A stretch of DNA of 62,650 nt, counting the filler, from Sphacelaria rigidula (taxonomy: Eukaryota): assembly GCA_964200075.2 (NCBI GenBank). It is 5 parts of 5 records of this genome, joined end to end, with 100 filler letters (N's around TTAATTAATTAA, not from the genome) between each part and the next. Parts side by side here need not be neighbours in the genome. Positions count along the whole stretch, not along the records: positions 50,206 to 62,650 come from CAXNAA020003759.1; 4 more parts are not named here. The stretch is one strand, 5' to 3'. The notes below the pieces were generated by a model that saw only the letters and a program-made list of their open reading frames with translations, was not told where the DNA came from and did no database searches. The position numbers and the translations under genes are program-made. Positions 51,928-62,650 of the stretch are shown piece by piece. Positions within the stretch are counted from its first letter, which is position 1. The number at the start of each line of letters is the position of its first letter.

Positions 51928-54900
51928 TGTAGCCAAATGATATCAAGCCGTGGGGTTTCAGTGTAATGGCATGCATGATTGGAGCACTGGTAGGGGGCAG
52001 AGGATCCTGGATTGATGACCCTTATCTGTGTGGCCCCCTGCTGCCTGGCGCGTGATCTGCTGAAGATCACTCCGAGACAAAAACAAGTTAGAAAGAAGAA
52101 CTTGTCAAGCACGAGGCCAGTGATACTGGAGGAGTTCCTCGTTTAAAGTCATCTTGTCCAGATCGTCTGGCAGAGGCTACAATAGCTAGATATTATTCTC
52201 GGAACTCTGTTGGAGGAGGTTGGCTGAGGACAAGGGGCCGCAGCTGGAAGCCAGTTTGGCCCGCAGACGGGAGGACACCAACTTGAAGAGCACAGCGGGA
52301 GGGGACGCTCCGTGGGCTGGAGGACGCACAAGTAAGGCAAGAGTCTCTCCGTGAAGTGTTTTAATCCTAGACATGGCTCAAGCAGCGGCAGCCCGCTGGT
52401 GTTAGGTGAGTCACTAACGCCAAAGTATGGCGAGGTGTGGACCGAGGAAGCATGAAGAGTTTTTTAGGCCGCCTATCTTGATTATGAAGAGCACTTGTAT
52501 CTGGCAAATGCTCAAGGAATCGTACGGCATGCCAGGGTAAGCATCGGACAACTTCTCCCTACATACATTCACCGGTGCTTCGAAGGGATGTACAAGGACC
52601 GTCGGGCTATAACCCCCGACGAGTTGCTAGATGCCGTGAAGCAGTATGCCGGGTACACCACAACCGGTGGCAAGCATGACACTGCGCGGGCTGCAGCAGA
52701 CCTACGTAGAGTTTTTACTATGCGGCAAAGCGGTGGAACACCAGTCAAGGATAAAGTGATGATGGTTAACTCGTCGATAGGAACGTTTTTGCTGAGAATC
52801 TCACGGTGCAAGCCATGTACCGTGCGGAGGATAGGAGCTGGTTACTAGGCCCGGCCGAGTCGGTCACTAGTGGGCGGGATTTCGCCTTCGGAATTCAAGG
52901 CTCATGTCAGGAGTGTACTCACGTATGTTGACGGCCGGAAAAATAGCCCGAACATGGTGCTGAACAAGATATCTGATGCCGCCGACCACTGGAAGTTCAT
53001 TGAGGCACATGGCCGGCGCGACTCTGCGGCAAGTGCAGGGGGTGCGCGCCGCAAACAACAGCACAACAGAAACAGCAGCCGTCTTCCCGAGCGTCGTCCA
53101 CTCGCGCGTGTTACAACTGCGGCGACAATGGACACCTGGTTAAGGACTGCCCTAAGCCTCGCGCTCAAGGCGCTACTCAGGGCAATGCGCGAGATTCATC
53201 AGGATCTCGCGGCGGTCGTCGGTGGACGGCGGCCGCGGTAGCAAGCAATCGACGGCGGACGGTGGCTTCTCCGCCGCTGTTTATTCCACTACGTCATCAG
53301 GTGGCGACTCTGGATCTTCTGGTTCGTCCGTGTCGGGGTGGACAGTGTACGTGGGAAATGCAAATACTTCGGTGGGGAGTACTGGAGCGAATAGTTCGCA
53401 ACCCCTCGGCCAGGCAGGATCCGTGCCTGGTGCATCTCCTAACGCTGCGACGGCTGTAACAGCGCCGTCTGCATATTCGGCGACGTGGTGTGGGTGGACT
53501 GCCGATCTTCAACTGTCGATGCCATGTACTGGAGCGCAGCCCTAGCGTCAGGTGACTCTTGGTACCGACCACGGTTCTTCGGCAAGCGTGGTACCTGTTG
53601 ATCGCAAAGCAGAATGTTTACGTGCAGATCTTTTCTTGGCTGGTTTCGTAGGTTCGTTCATGGCCCGCGTTATTCTGGATTCTGGGTCCGCGCTCACGTC
53701 GATCGGTGTGGGGTTGCTAGAACAGATGTCTTCGCAGTTTGGCAGCGCTCAGCTGCAGATTCCGTTCGAAAATGGACCGCAAACGGCACAGACCGCCACG
53801 GGTGCTCCCGTGACGGTTAAACATAAAACGGTGCCGATTGTTACTAGCGTGCGTACGCCGTGAGGGGCTGTGGAGTTGCAGCCCATCACTTTCGCCGTCA
53901 TGCTCGGCAGGGACAACGTGGTTCTACTTTTCCACTTGATGCATTGGTGCAAGACTCTGGGGGTGCCGCGTGTGTGGGTTAGTGGTACCGCCACGCACTT
54001 CAAGAATTGACTAATCGCGCAGCTGAGTGACGCGCTCAAGGTACAACACAAAGTTGCTGTTGCGTAAACCCCTTGGTCGAATGGTGCTTATGAACGCGTG
54101 GTGAAAGAGGTTGTTCGTGCGTTGCGGTCCATCTTGTCAGGACAAAAAGATGGCCGGTGTCTGGATGGGTTGATGTTTTGCCAGCCACTCAGTGGGCGTT
54201 GAATACTTCTTTTCGTGAACGCTACCGTGACACTCCGTAGTGTGTGATGTTTGAGCGTGCGCCGCGTACAGCTTTTTCCGCGCTGGCTTCTGTCACTGGC
54301 GGCGAGTGGAACGTGGACGTCATGGATGCTGATTCGTTTCGTGAGAAGGTTCGAGGCGTGGTTGACGAGCAAGTGCGGTTATGTAACGAAGTGCAAGCTG
54401 CTGTCGCGATGTCTCGCGAAACCAAACGCGAGCTTGCTGAGGGCCAGGCTGTGTCACCCAAGTTCGCAGTTGGAGATTTCGTCTTGTATGCCCGTGTTCG
54501 TAGGCAAGACGTGACGCCAAAGTTGATGTCCACATGGACAGGTCCGTGGCGAGTGGTCGGAGCCGATCATGCTCACGTGTATTCGGTGCAAAACATCGTT
54601 ACACTCGGCCCATGTTGCTCGTTTACGTTTCTTTGCTGACTCGCAGTTGCACATCGCTGCGGAATTAAAATATGTATTTCAGCATTCGTATGCTCAAGGT
54701 ATGTCGAAGGAATGCTTTGGTGTACGTCGCTGAGGATGACAATGGTGACGTCATTGTTTTGGTCGATCGGGATGGGTTCGGTGCTGAAGAACGTACGTGG
54801 GAGTCTCTTCGCAAGATTTATTCTTCTGCGCCTGATTGTTTTTAGAAGGAACTGCGTAAACTGCGGTTGACTCGGGTGCTGATAAGTACATTAGCGTCGG

Positions 54901-55252
54901 GGTATGGTACTTTTTGGTGATCTGGCGCATGCGATTTCGTCTTGGTTTTTGTTGGTTGTCACGCTCGTTCGTTTGTCTCGAACTCGCTTTGAGAGTGCTG
55001 TAGCCAAATGATACGAAGACGTAGGTTTCAGTATAATCGCATGCATGGTTGGAGCAGTGGCAGGGGGCAGGGGATCCAGGGTTGATAGCCCGTATTTATC
55101 TTTGTGCCCTCTTGCTGTCTGGCTCGTGATAACATGATCACTCCGAGATAGTGACAAGTGAGAAGAAAGGACTTGTCGAGCGTGAGGCCAGTGATACTGG
55201 AGGAGTCCCTCGTTGAAAGTCCTCTTGTCCAGATCGTCTGGCAGAGGCTACA
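51928..55252 (+). mobile_element. Old Ty3/Gypsy LTR element, internally deleted (no RT/RNase H)
   Basis: Diverged 254-bp LTRs 51928-52181 and 54999-55252 with TGTAGCC...GGCTACA termini. gag zinc knuckle CYNCGDNGHLVKDC (53109-53150); protease ILDSGS (~53675); integrase core remnant (GVPRVWVSGTATHFKN..TPWSNGAYERV); PKLMSTWTGPW; chromodomain-like VLVDRDGFGAEERTWESL. No TSD recognisable. Confidence 0.88.
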
Positions 55253-57589
55253 TCGCGGAAAGTGTTCCGGAAATTTAGGCAGAATGTTGTGATCCCCACC
55301 GAATCCATCGTTGACCCTTGGACCGCAAACCCCCCACAGGCCAACTGAGATCAACCATGCCACAGTTGGGTTCGGGACAGCTGCTGTTTTCCAACATGAA
55401 ACGCCTGTGTACATTTATATGCGGATCCTTAGTACTCGTGTAGAGATTTTATCGCTGGAGAACCCCTGACCGGTGTCGAGGCACAAGTCAGGTGTGTGGG
55501 TGTGTCTTCCCCGAGCTGTATAGGTGGGGTGACATGCTTCTTTCATGCCGTGCAAGCAATGGCGGCCACCACTCATTGCGACGGTACATGCAAAGGAAAA
55601 ACATCCCCGCTACTGTGCTGGCCTGGGAGTTCTGGCACACTTCGAGCGTGGTGTTTTGAACTTGTACGCGTGTTGAACAAGTCAACCGTTCTTTTATGTT
55701 GCCTCTCTATACCGTGCACACAACCTTGTTTTATCAGCGGCTAAGTCCAACGGCATGAAGTATTCGGCTTGTCGTCCCTCCCCACCTGATACAGTCTATA
55801 TGCTGCACGCTGTCGTTATCTCTTCTGCGTGTTACACTCCACAACATTACACACAGCGCGTGTCTATCTTGGCTGCACTAGAGAGGCCAGACAGGACGCA
55901 AATACTGTAGTACGCAAAGAGCAAAAAAACTCCCTTTTTTTTGTCTGCGTCCATGATTGAGTGCCCGAATGGTCAAATACAGCTAGGCTGCGAGGTACTT
56001 GATACCTCCTCTGACCATCGAGTCTGGGTGGATGTGTTCGTACGGGCCCTTAACCATGTCTGGTTAGCTCTTTCGTTTTTTTGTTGCCTTTCCGGCGTTC
56101 TTTCACAAGGTTTTTTCATTTTTTGGCAGTTGATGCTGGACCCACGCAACCGAGCGGCTGCTTGAAATTCAATCGGCCCGAAAAAAGCCGTATTTCGCCC
56201 CTGCTGGGACAAAAAAAAAAGGAAATGGAGAGCCTGAAAAAGTGAAAAAGAAAAAAGAGAAACACAAGAAAACACGGAAACGTTCTTGATTTCGTTTTTC
56301 CCTTGAAAGTACGCTGCCTGCGCATCGTCGGAATGCACGTTTTTTCAATTTTCCCTTGTTCACAACGATACCCACAGAAAACGTTCAAAATTCAGTTGAT
56401 AGTGGTATCAAATGGCCACAAATGACAATAATGGAGCCATGTTTTACCAGAGAGTTGCGTGGAAAGATAGAGATACATCTCACGCCTTTTATTTTCGTGT
56501 TCCACCAGCCTCACCTCGGTTGTTTATGTTTGTTAGATGATCCCTATAAAAGCATCGTCAAAGTCAGTTAACAGTGTCGGGGCGGAGCGAAGTGCACTTC
56601 ATGACCAACCAACTTATGCGGCAGAAGAGTATGTAGCTATCTGTAGAGAGGGGAACAAAGTGACCAACATGACCAATAGCACAAGTCAAAATGCTCACTT
56701 CCTTGTCTTCGGGCTTGGTGCCTGACGTAGATTTGTCCTTTGAAAGCTGTCAGACAACCATGATTGAGTTCGAAAGCTTCTCAGTCGATCTTTTACCCCC
56801 CTCCCCCTTCCCCCGTCTCCTCCCAGCTTGACGGGGAAGAGAGAAGTACTAGTAGAGCACTGCCATGAACTAGAAACACCAAAATGAATATGAGGTTCGA
56901 CACGGAGTTCGATAACGAAATCAACGCCTGGGCAGAGGAGAAAATGTAGAGGCATCAAAACGGGAGAATAACAGCCCCAAAGAGTTGCAGAGAGAGTTCA
57001 CAAGAGAAGAAGTAGAGGGGTGTGTAGCTATAGTCAAGAACAGAAAGGCAACAGTGGCAAACGAACTAGCGGATGGATTGCTGACGTACGGGGGAGAGGG
57101 GATGATTACAGTGATTATAATGATGAATGATTGGATATGAGAAAACGAGTGCACACAGAAGAGGTGAAGAAAAGTAGAAGTAAAAATCTCCCAAAAAAAG
57201 GAAACAAGGCTGGCCCAGGGAAATATAAACGGATGCGCGCTACTGAGCACCGTAGGAAAAGCATTATGGAAATTTCTGAACGAAAAAGTGGGAAAATATG
57301 CTTGAGAAGGAAAAAAATATCATCTAGGGGCAAGCAGGTTTTAGACCAAATCGTAGTTGCGTAGACCATGTGCACACCTTAGGTACTGCAAGATTATTCA
57401 AGGCAGTAAAGACGCCGGACTAACAACGTACAACAGGCCCATGAGACAGTATGTAGGAATGGGCTGTAGAAAAACGCGGGAAACAGGGACCAGAGGAAAT
57501 ATGTGGAGAATGGTGAAGAAGATGACAGAATGTGCCAAAAGTGCCATGGTGCTAGACTGGTAATTTATCGATTTGTTTTTATATTTCAT

Positions 57590-58760
57590 CAGGAATTGCA
57601 CAAGGATGTACGTTATCACCCACTTCATTTAAATTATTTATTAGTGACTCGGAAAAAGCAACAGAAACAGCACAGGAAGGGTTCAAGGTGGGGGGAGTTA
57701 CGGTATCGGGATTGATGTTCGCGGATAATTTCGTGAGGATACCAAAAACACGAGACGAATGACATGAACACATAGAGAAGGCGCTAGAATAGACTGCGAG
57801 TGATAGCGAACGTAAACAAATGCGCGGTACTTGTATGTAGCGAAGATGAGCAGAACTCGGTAGAGTTCAAACCGAAGTGGGGCGAAGAGGAGCTGTTCAT
57901 GGCATGCACACATGAATAAAGTAATGAAAACGGGTAGGGCACAGAAAGGTGAGATGGGCGTGATCCTAGGAGACTCGCACCTAGATACTATGATTAATAT
58001 ATGTATTCTGATGGTTGTGATAGTATCAAAGTTAGAGTTGCAGGAGAAACATGAACGTAGAGCGCGAAGTTAGTGAAGAAGCTGGAAACAGTACAAATGG
58101 CAGCAGGCAGCTAAGAAAGCACTTGGATGTTCGAAAACGACGAGTACCACAGCATTGAGAGCAGAGTAGCGGATGTATCCACTCATAACAAAGAGAGACA
58201 CGAGAAGGTTGGAATGGTAGTGTAGCGTAAGGAGCATGCCAAGAAAGAGATTGGCAGTCATAGCTGATAGTGCTCTACGGAAGAAAGTGACGAAAGGGCA
58301 GACCAGAATATGGTGGGATAGCATAGTCGAGAAAGGATGGAATGGCATAGGAGGAAACAAAGACGACAAATTATCCGTAGGTGAATGTGGGGGGTACAAG
58401 GCAACAGTGAGAGACATGATAGAAAGGAGGAGAAAATAAGCGCTAAGACGCAAAATAGACGAAGAACAACACCTGAAGATATACGGGGGGTTGAGAGAGG
58501 AGAAAGGGATGAGAACACATGTGCGTGGCTAAATGGACTCCGCGAAAAATTGAAACTACTATTTTGCATGGGGGACCTGGACGTGCCAGATTGAAGGAAA
58601 AGGTGTACCAGTTGTCGAGTGGAGGAAGACGCACAAAATCACCCCCGTGGCAACGCAATAGAGAATAGCTCATGTAGCGGGATAGTGTGAACTGTACAAG
58701 GAGGAACGGTATGTATTAGAGGGGGAAATGTGAGAAAGTATATACTGGGCATAACATGAA
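57590..58760 (+). mobile_element. Degenerate LINE (non-LTR) reverse transcriptase remnant
   Basis: AQGCTLSPTSF (RT domain 4) and GLMFADNF (YADD-like), then LETVQMAA..KALGCSKTTSTTALRAE typical of the LINE ORF2 C-terminal part; many frameshifts. Confidence 0.7.
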
Positions 58761-61187
58761 AAACAACGCATAACAACACACACCACCTCGGGGGGAGGGG
58801 AGCGTTGGAGTCAGCAGTTAGTAGAAAAATAATACAGGGGGAGATGATGGGGGTCCTCTTTCTTCCACCATTTTCAGTTCGGTCCAAGCTGGTTACGCAT
58901 TCTTCCATCTCCTCCCTCCTCTCTTCAAATCCACCGTCTAATCGCACGTTGTCGGCGTAATCCTGGCGTACTTACACATATCTCATAAGTCGTGTTTTGG
59001 TTGAGATAAAGAGCTCCTAACAATTCCAACCTCCGGAAAGTATTTGTGCACCCCCCCCATAGCCCATAGCATCACTTTCTCGTGTGGTCTCACGTTCGGG
59101 TGGATCTTGACACGAACCGACCACCCTCACGTCCAACACAAATCCCAACGAATGAGCACCTGCGCACGTTGCGCGCGTTTGCCGCTTGCAAGCGAATCTT
59201 GTTTGCCCATTCTAATCGCTGCTGGATTCATTCCCCAGGGTGCGAAAACGTCATCATCATCCCCTTTCCGAGTACAGTAGACGGATTTAGTGTCGTTCTG
59301 TTCGTTCTGTTCGTTCGTTCGTTCGTTCGTTTTTTTGGTTATTCACCCGTAGAAACAGAAATACAAAATACAAATGATCCTTGTGCGTGCATCGCAACCT
59401 GCACAAAACACGCGCCCGACCTTGTACGTCTAGCAAGTTCTTTCTGCGTTGATATAGGGTACCCTACGAAGCACACGTTGAGCGTCGCTGTTGTTGGCTG
59501 CAAGGCGTCACCTTCGTCCCTCGCCCGTCCCCGTCCTCCCGTTTTCGCGGTTCTTGCAAAAATCAGCCCAACTCATCGGTGGGATCACAGGTCTCGTTCC
59601 GGAAGGAGACACCGGGTCAACAAACAGTCGTGTGACAACACCCGAGGGGCCGGCCACATCAGAAACGTTCGTCGACGTCGAATCGCGCGTCTGAATCCAA
59701 GTCTGCGAGTGGCGTCCTATTGCATGTACAGTAGACGCGTGGGTATGGCGAAACATTATTATTGTATATGTATAGCGCTGTGGTGCACAGCTCTTCTGAT
59801 TGCCCGATTCACGCAACAGTTCAATGGTCTAATTCGGTGAGAAGCGCTCATCGCTCACTCCGTATGTTCACAACATATTTTTGAAAACAGTTGTATACGA
59901 GTCACACCAACGGCAAGAGTTGAAGGATGTTTGTGAGGTGAAATTAATGTATTCAACAAGGGAACCGGAGATTTTTCGCTGTCTTGGAGACAATGGCGAT
60001 CGATTGAGAGCTTTTACGGCGAAACTTGAGTGGCCGTCGTCATTCCAACTAATAATGTGGGAGTTAGTATCAGGCAATTTTACATTCTGCCATGATTCAT
60101 AAGGTGACATGTGCTTCCAGTTTACGGCAGTTTGTTTTTAGACTGCTGGCCTTACCTGTCTACAATGGCTTACACGATTCTTATTTAGAATTTTCCTTCT
60201 TGACCGCAAGCGGTAGGCGGTCATCAGAGTCCAGCTGTGAAGCTCTCAATCGGTCATCATTGCCACTGAATTTGGCACAAACATTATGTTGAGAGTAGAT
60301 GTGGCTTCTTACATCCTTCTTGGAAATTATGATCGTAGGGATATCCAGCACGGGCAGCGACGCGGAGGGGGGGGAGGTAGGGGAAGGGGGGGGTACTCAT
60401 GTTCTGATGCCTGGGCCATGAGACAATAAACCATGCGTCCTCCACGGGGAACGGGGCTGGTGGGTGAGGCGTGAGGAACAGAGCTATCGCTAACCTGCTA
60501 GACTGCGCAAGGGGAAAGGCGACTTGTTCGCCTTGCTTCTCTGGTGCACAAACGGGAAAAGCTCCCTTCTGATGGTGATACGTGGCGTTTTTATGTGAAT
60601 AGTAGTCATTTCGGAGCTCGATGTTGGTGGCGATCGTGTTGGTTGTTGTTGTTGGTGGTGTTTTTGTTTTCCCACGCACAACGGGGGGAGAGAGATGGGT
60701 TATTTCTTGCAACTCCGGATTCGTCCCGAGGAAGCGAACGGGTTGAAAGTACGACGACAGAAATATGTCACGTCATTTCATACTCTCACGTTCTGAATGT
60801 TCACCGTCGTCTGTACATCGCGCGAAAAAGCTTCATGCAGGAAAATGATGACAGCGATTCACGGAAACTGTCGTGGCATGTACACCGACGTGAGAGGCGT
60901 CGCCTTACACGTCATCGAGCAGCAGTACAGCAGTAGGGAGGCTATTAGGGAAGATGATATCCGTGGGCATGACGTGCAGTGAGTGGCTGGTGGGGTGGAG
61001 GCAAGCGGGCGCGAGCCGCGTGCCCCTTTCAGGCGTTGTAGCAATCCCCATGTTCAGCCAAGGGCGCACGTAAAACAGGCACCGAACACGGACTAACTTG
61101 TTCCCATTTTGGGCCCGCCGGGGGGGACGAGGGGGCGGATACTATTTCCTACATGTACCCATTTTCACACTGATTTCTACACGAAAA

Positions 61188-61455
61188 CGATTCGCTTGAT
61201 CTCACACCAGCTGAGGCAAGTCGGTTGAGCTGGGTATACGTAATCCAAGTCACTTGATATTAAAGTAATTGAGGCAGGTTACTTGACGCAAGAGTGTGGA
61301 GAGGCAAGTCACTAGAATCGAGTATGGGTATGCCGAGTCGCTTGATTTTCGGACTTGCTGAGGTGAACCAAGTCAAGTTCGTATTGATGTACCAAGTCAA
61401 GCTTGATGTTACAGTTGGTGCTTGGTCTGACTTGCTTGGTGAGGCAAGCAACTAG
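61188..61455. repeat. 29-bp periodic array of a palindromic core CAAG-NNN-CTTG(A) with dissimilar spacers
   Basis: Cores start at 61188, 61217, 61246, 61275, 61305 and 61334, with degenerate copies at 61369, 61393 and 61445. Confidence 0.7.
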
Positions 61456-62650
61456 GACTGAGTGCAGCTGCTGCGTTATCCACATATTTTTTGTCGTTGT
61501 TGTTGTCGTCGTTGTTGTTATATTATTATATTATTATATTATTATATTGTTATTATCAATTTTATTATTAGCGTAAATATATCGTCGCTTGATACACAGA
61601 TCAGTACATTTGTGCCCGCTTTTCCCCATACTCTATCCACGTAAAAAACGATCCTTTTCGGAGCAATATTTTACACTAGACGGTCGGTCTACTATTCCCG
61701 AGTCTACCAGTGCCATTTTTCAATTCCCCCTTGCTTTTTTTCACGTGTCTTCGTTTCAAGGCTTGGCATCACTCTTGCGTGCTTGGCGAATACAAAACTG
61801 TGCAGGGAAAAAGCAGTCTTGAATACCTTTCACGGGTTTATTGGTCATTTTACAGTCGACTAGGTTCCATGTGTCATACCTTTGTCATGCTTGGTATCCG
61901 GTTGTCTACCCATGCTTTCTCAGAGCTTTTAGGATTGATCCCAGCATGTACAGCAGCTACTAGCCTGTTGGCCGATAATACGAGAAGCATTTACCCCATC
62001 CATGGACTGCGATGTCAGAGGTGTCGCTGGTCTTCGTCTAAAGTCTGACGTGCCTGCAGCTGGTGTTGCCTCGAGCATGCGCTCGACGCACTGCAGGTGG
62101 AGAGGTACTGTGAACACTACTTGAATCATCTTGCACGCACAATCATCATCGAGCTCGGTCGGATCCTGGTGCTTGCATGTCTTTTGGGATGTCTGCGAGG
62201 GTGCCCACGAACTGGCACCCTTCACCTCTAGGCTTTTACCACGTGATTCGTGACATATCCCTTAGATGGGCTCAACGGCGGTCACAGCTTTGGTGGTGGT
62301 TTGGTGGGGGCTGGCGCGCCACCATTCTTGCGTGCTTGGCGAAACTCAACAGTGCGCTTAGCGAAGCACAACAGCGCGGGGAAACGGAAAAATTCATCGG
62401 GAAGTTTCAACTGGAAATTGCTGACGAAAGCTGTGCTATTCCAATTTCGAAACGCGGAACAGTACAGTGTCTCACGCACAGTTTGAAATGACGCCGTGAC
62501 CGCACCGTAGTGTGTGTGTGTGTGTGTGTCGTCGTCCCATTTATTCTGGGCGCCAGTCTACCCCGTTCGAGATATGTGGGCGCATCAGCCGAGGTCACAC
62601 AGGAGGGAGGTCAACACAGGAGCTTTTTCTTTTTTATTTCTTTTTAGTAC

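Noticed and set aside
61188-61455. CRISPR array
   Set aside because: Repeat core is only about 12 bp and degenerate, spacers are 17-18 nt, the context is eukaryotic and no cas genes are present.

Overview
Eukaryotic nuclear DNA, most likely from a brown alga or related photosynthetic stramenopile. The evidence is long GT-AG introns, GC-rich exons and a bipartite signal-peptide-plus-AF plastid targeting sequence. The window is not contiguous. Five contigs of about 12.45 kb (1-12454, 12555-25007, 25108-37559, 37660-50105, 50206-62650) are joined in decreasing length order by 100-bp N/TTAATTAATTAA linkers. Contig 1 holds a full-length, lightly decayed Ty3/Gypsy LTR retrotransposon with a chromodomain-like integrase tail (2799-10943), nested between inverted copies of a ~600-bp repeat. 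Both of its 510-bp LTRs carry an identical 85-nt tRNA-like cloverleaf in the 3' (presumed R/U5) part. With CCA added, the cloverleaf's 3' end would partly pair in register with the element's own PBS; this is the most unusual feature found. Contig 2 has the first exons of plastid rpl17 head-to-head with PSME4/PA200. Contig 3 has an SDR 5' part and a membrane-anchored protein with bacterial-type DUF11/DUF7507-like repeats. Contig 4 has the 3' parts of an OSCA/CSC1 channel gene and NDUFA9. Contig 5 has an older Gypsy element lacking RT/RNase H, a LINE remnant and a 29-bp periodic palindromic-motif array. Several MITE-like and retroposon-like repeat families recur across contigs. Gene and family calls come from motif recognition by eye; no database searches were run.
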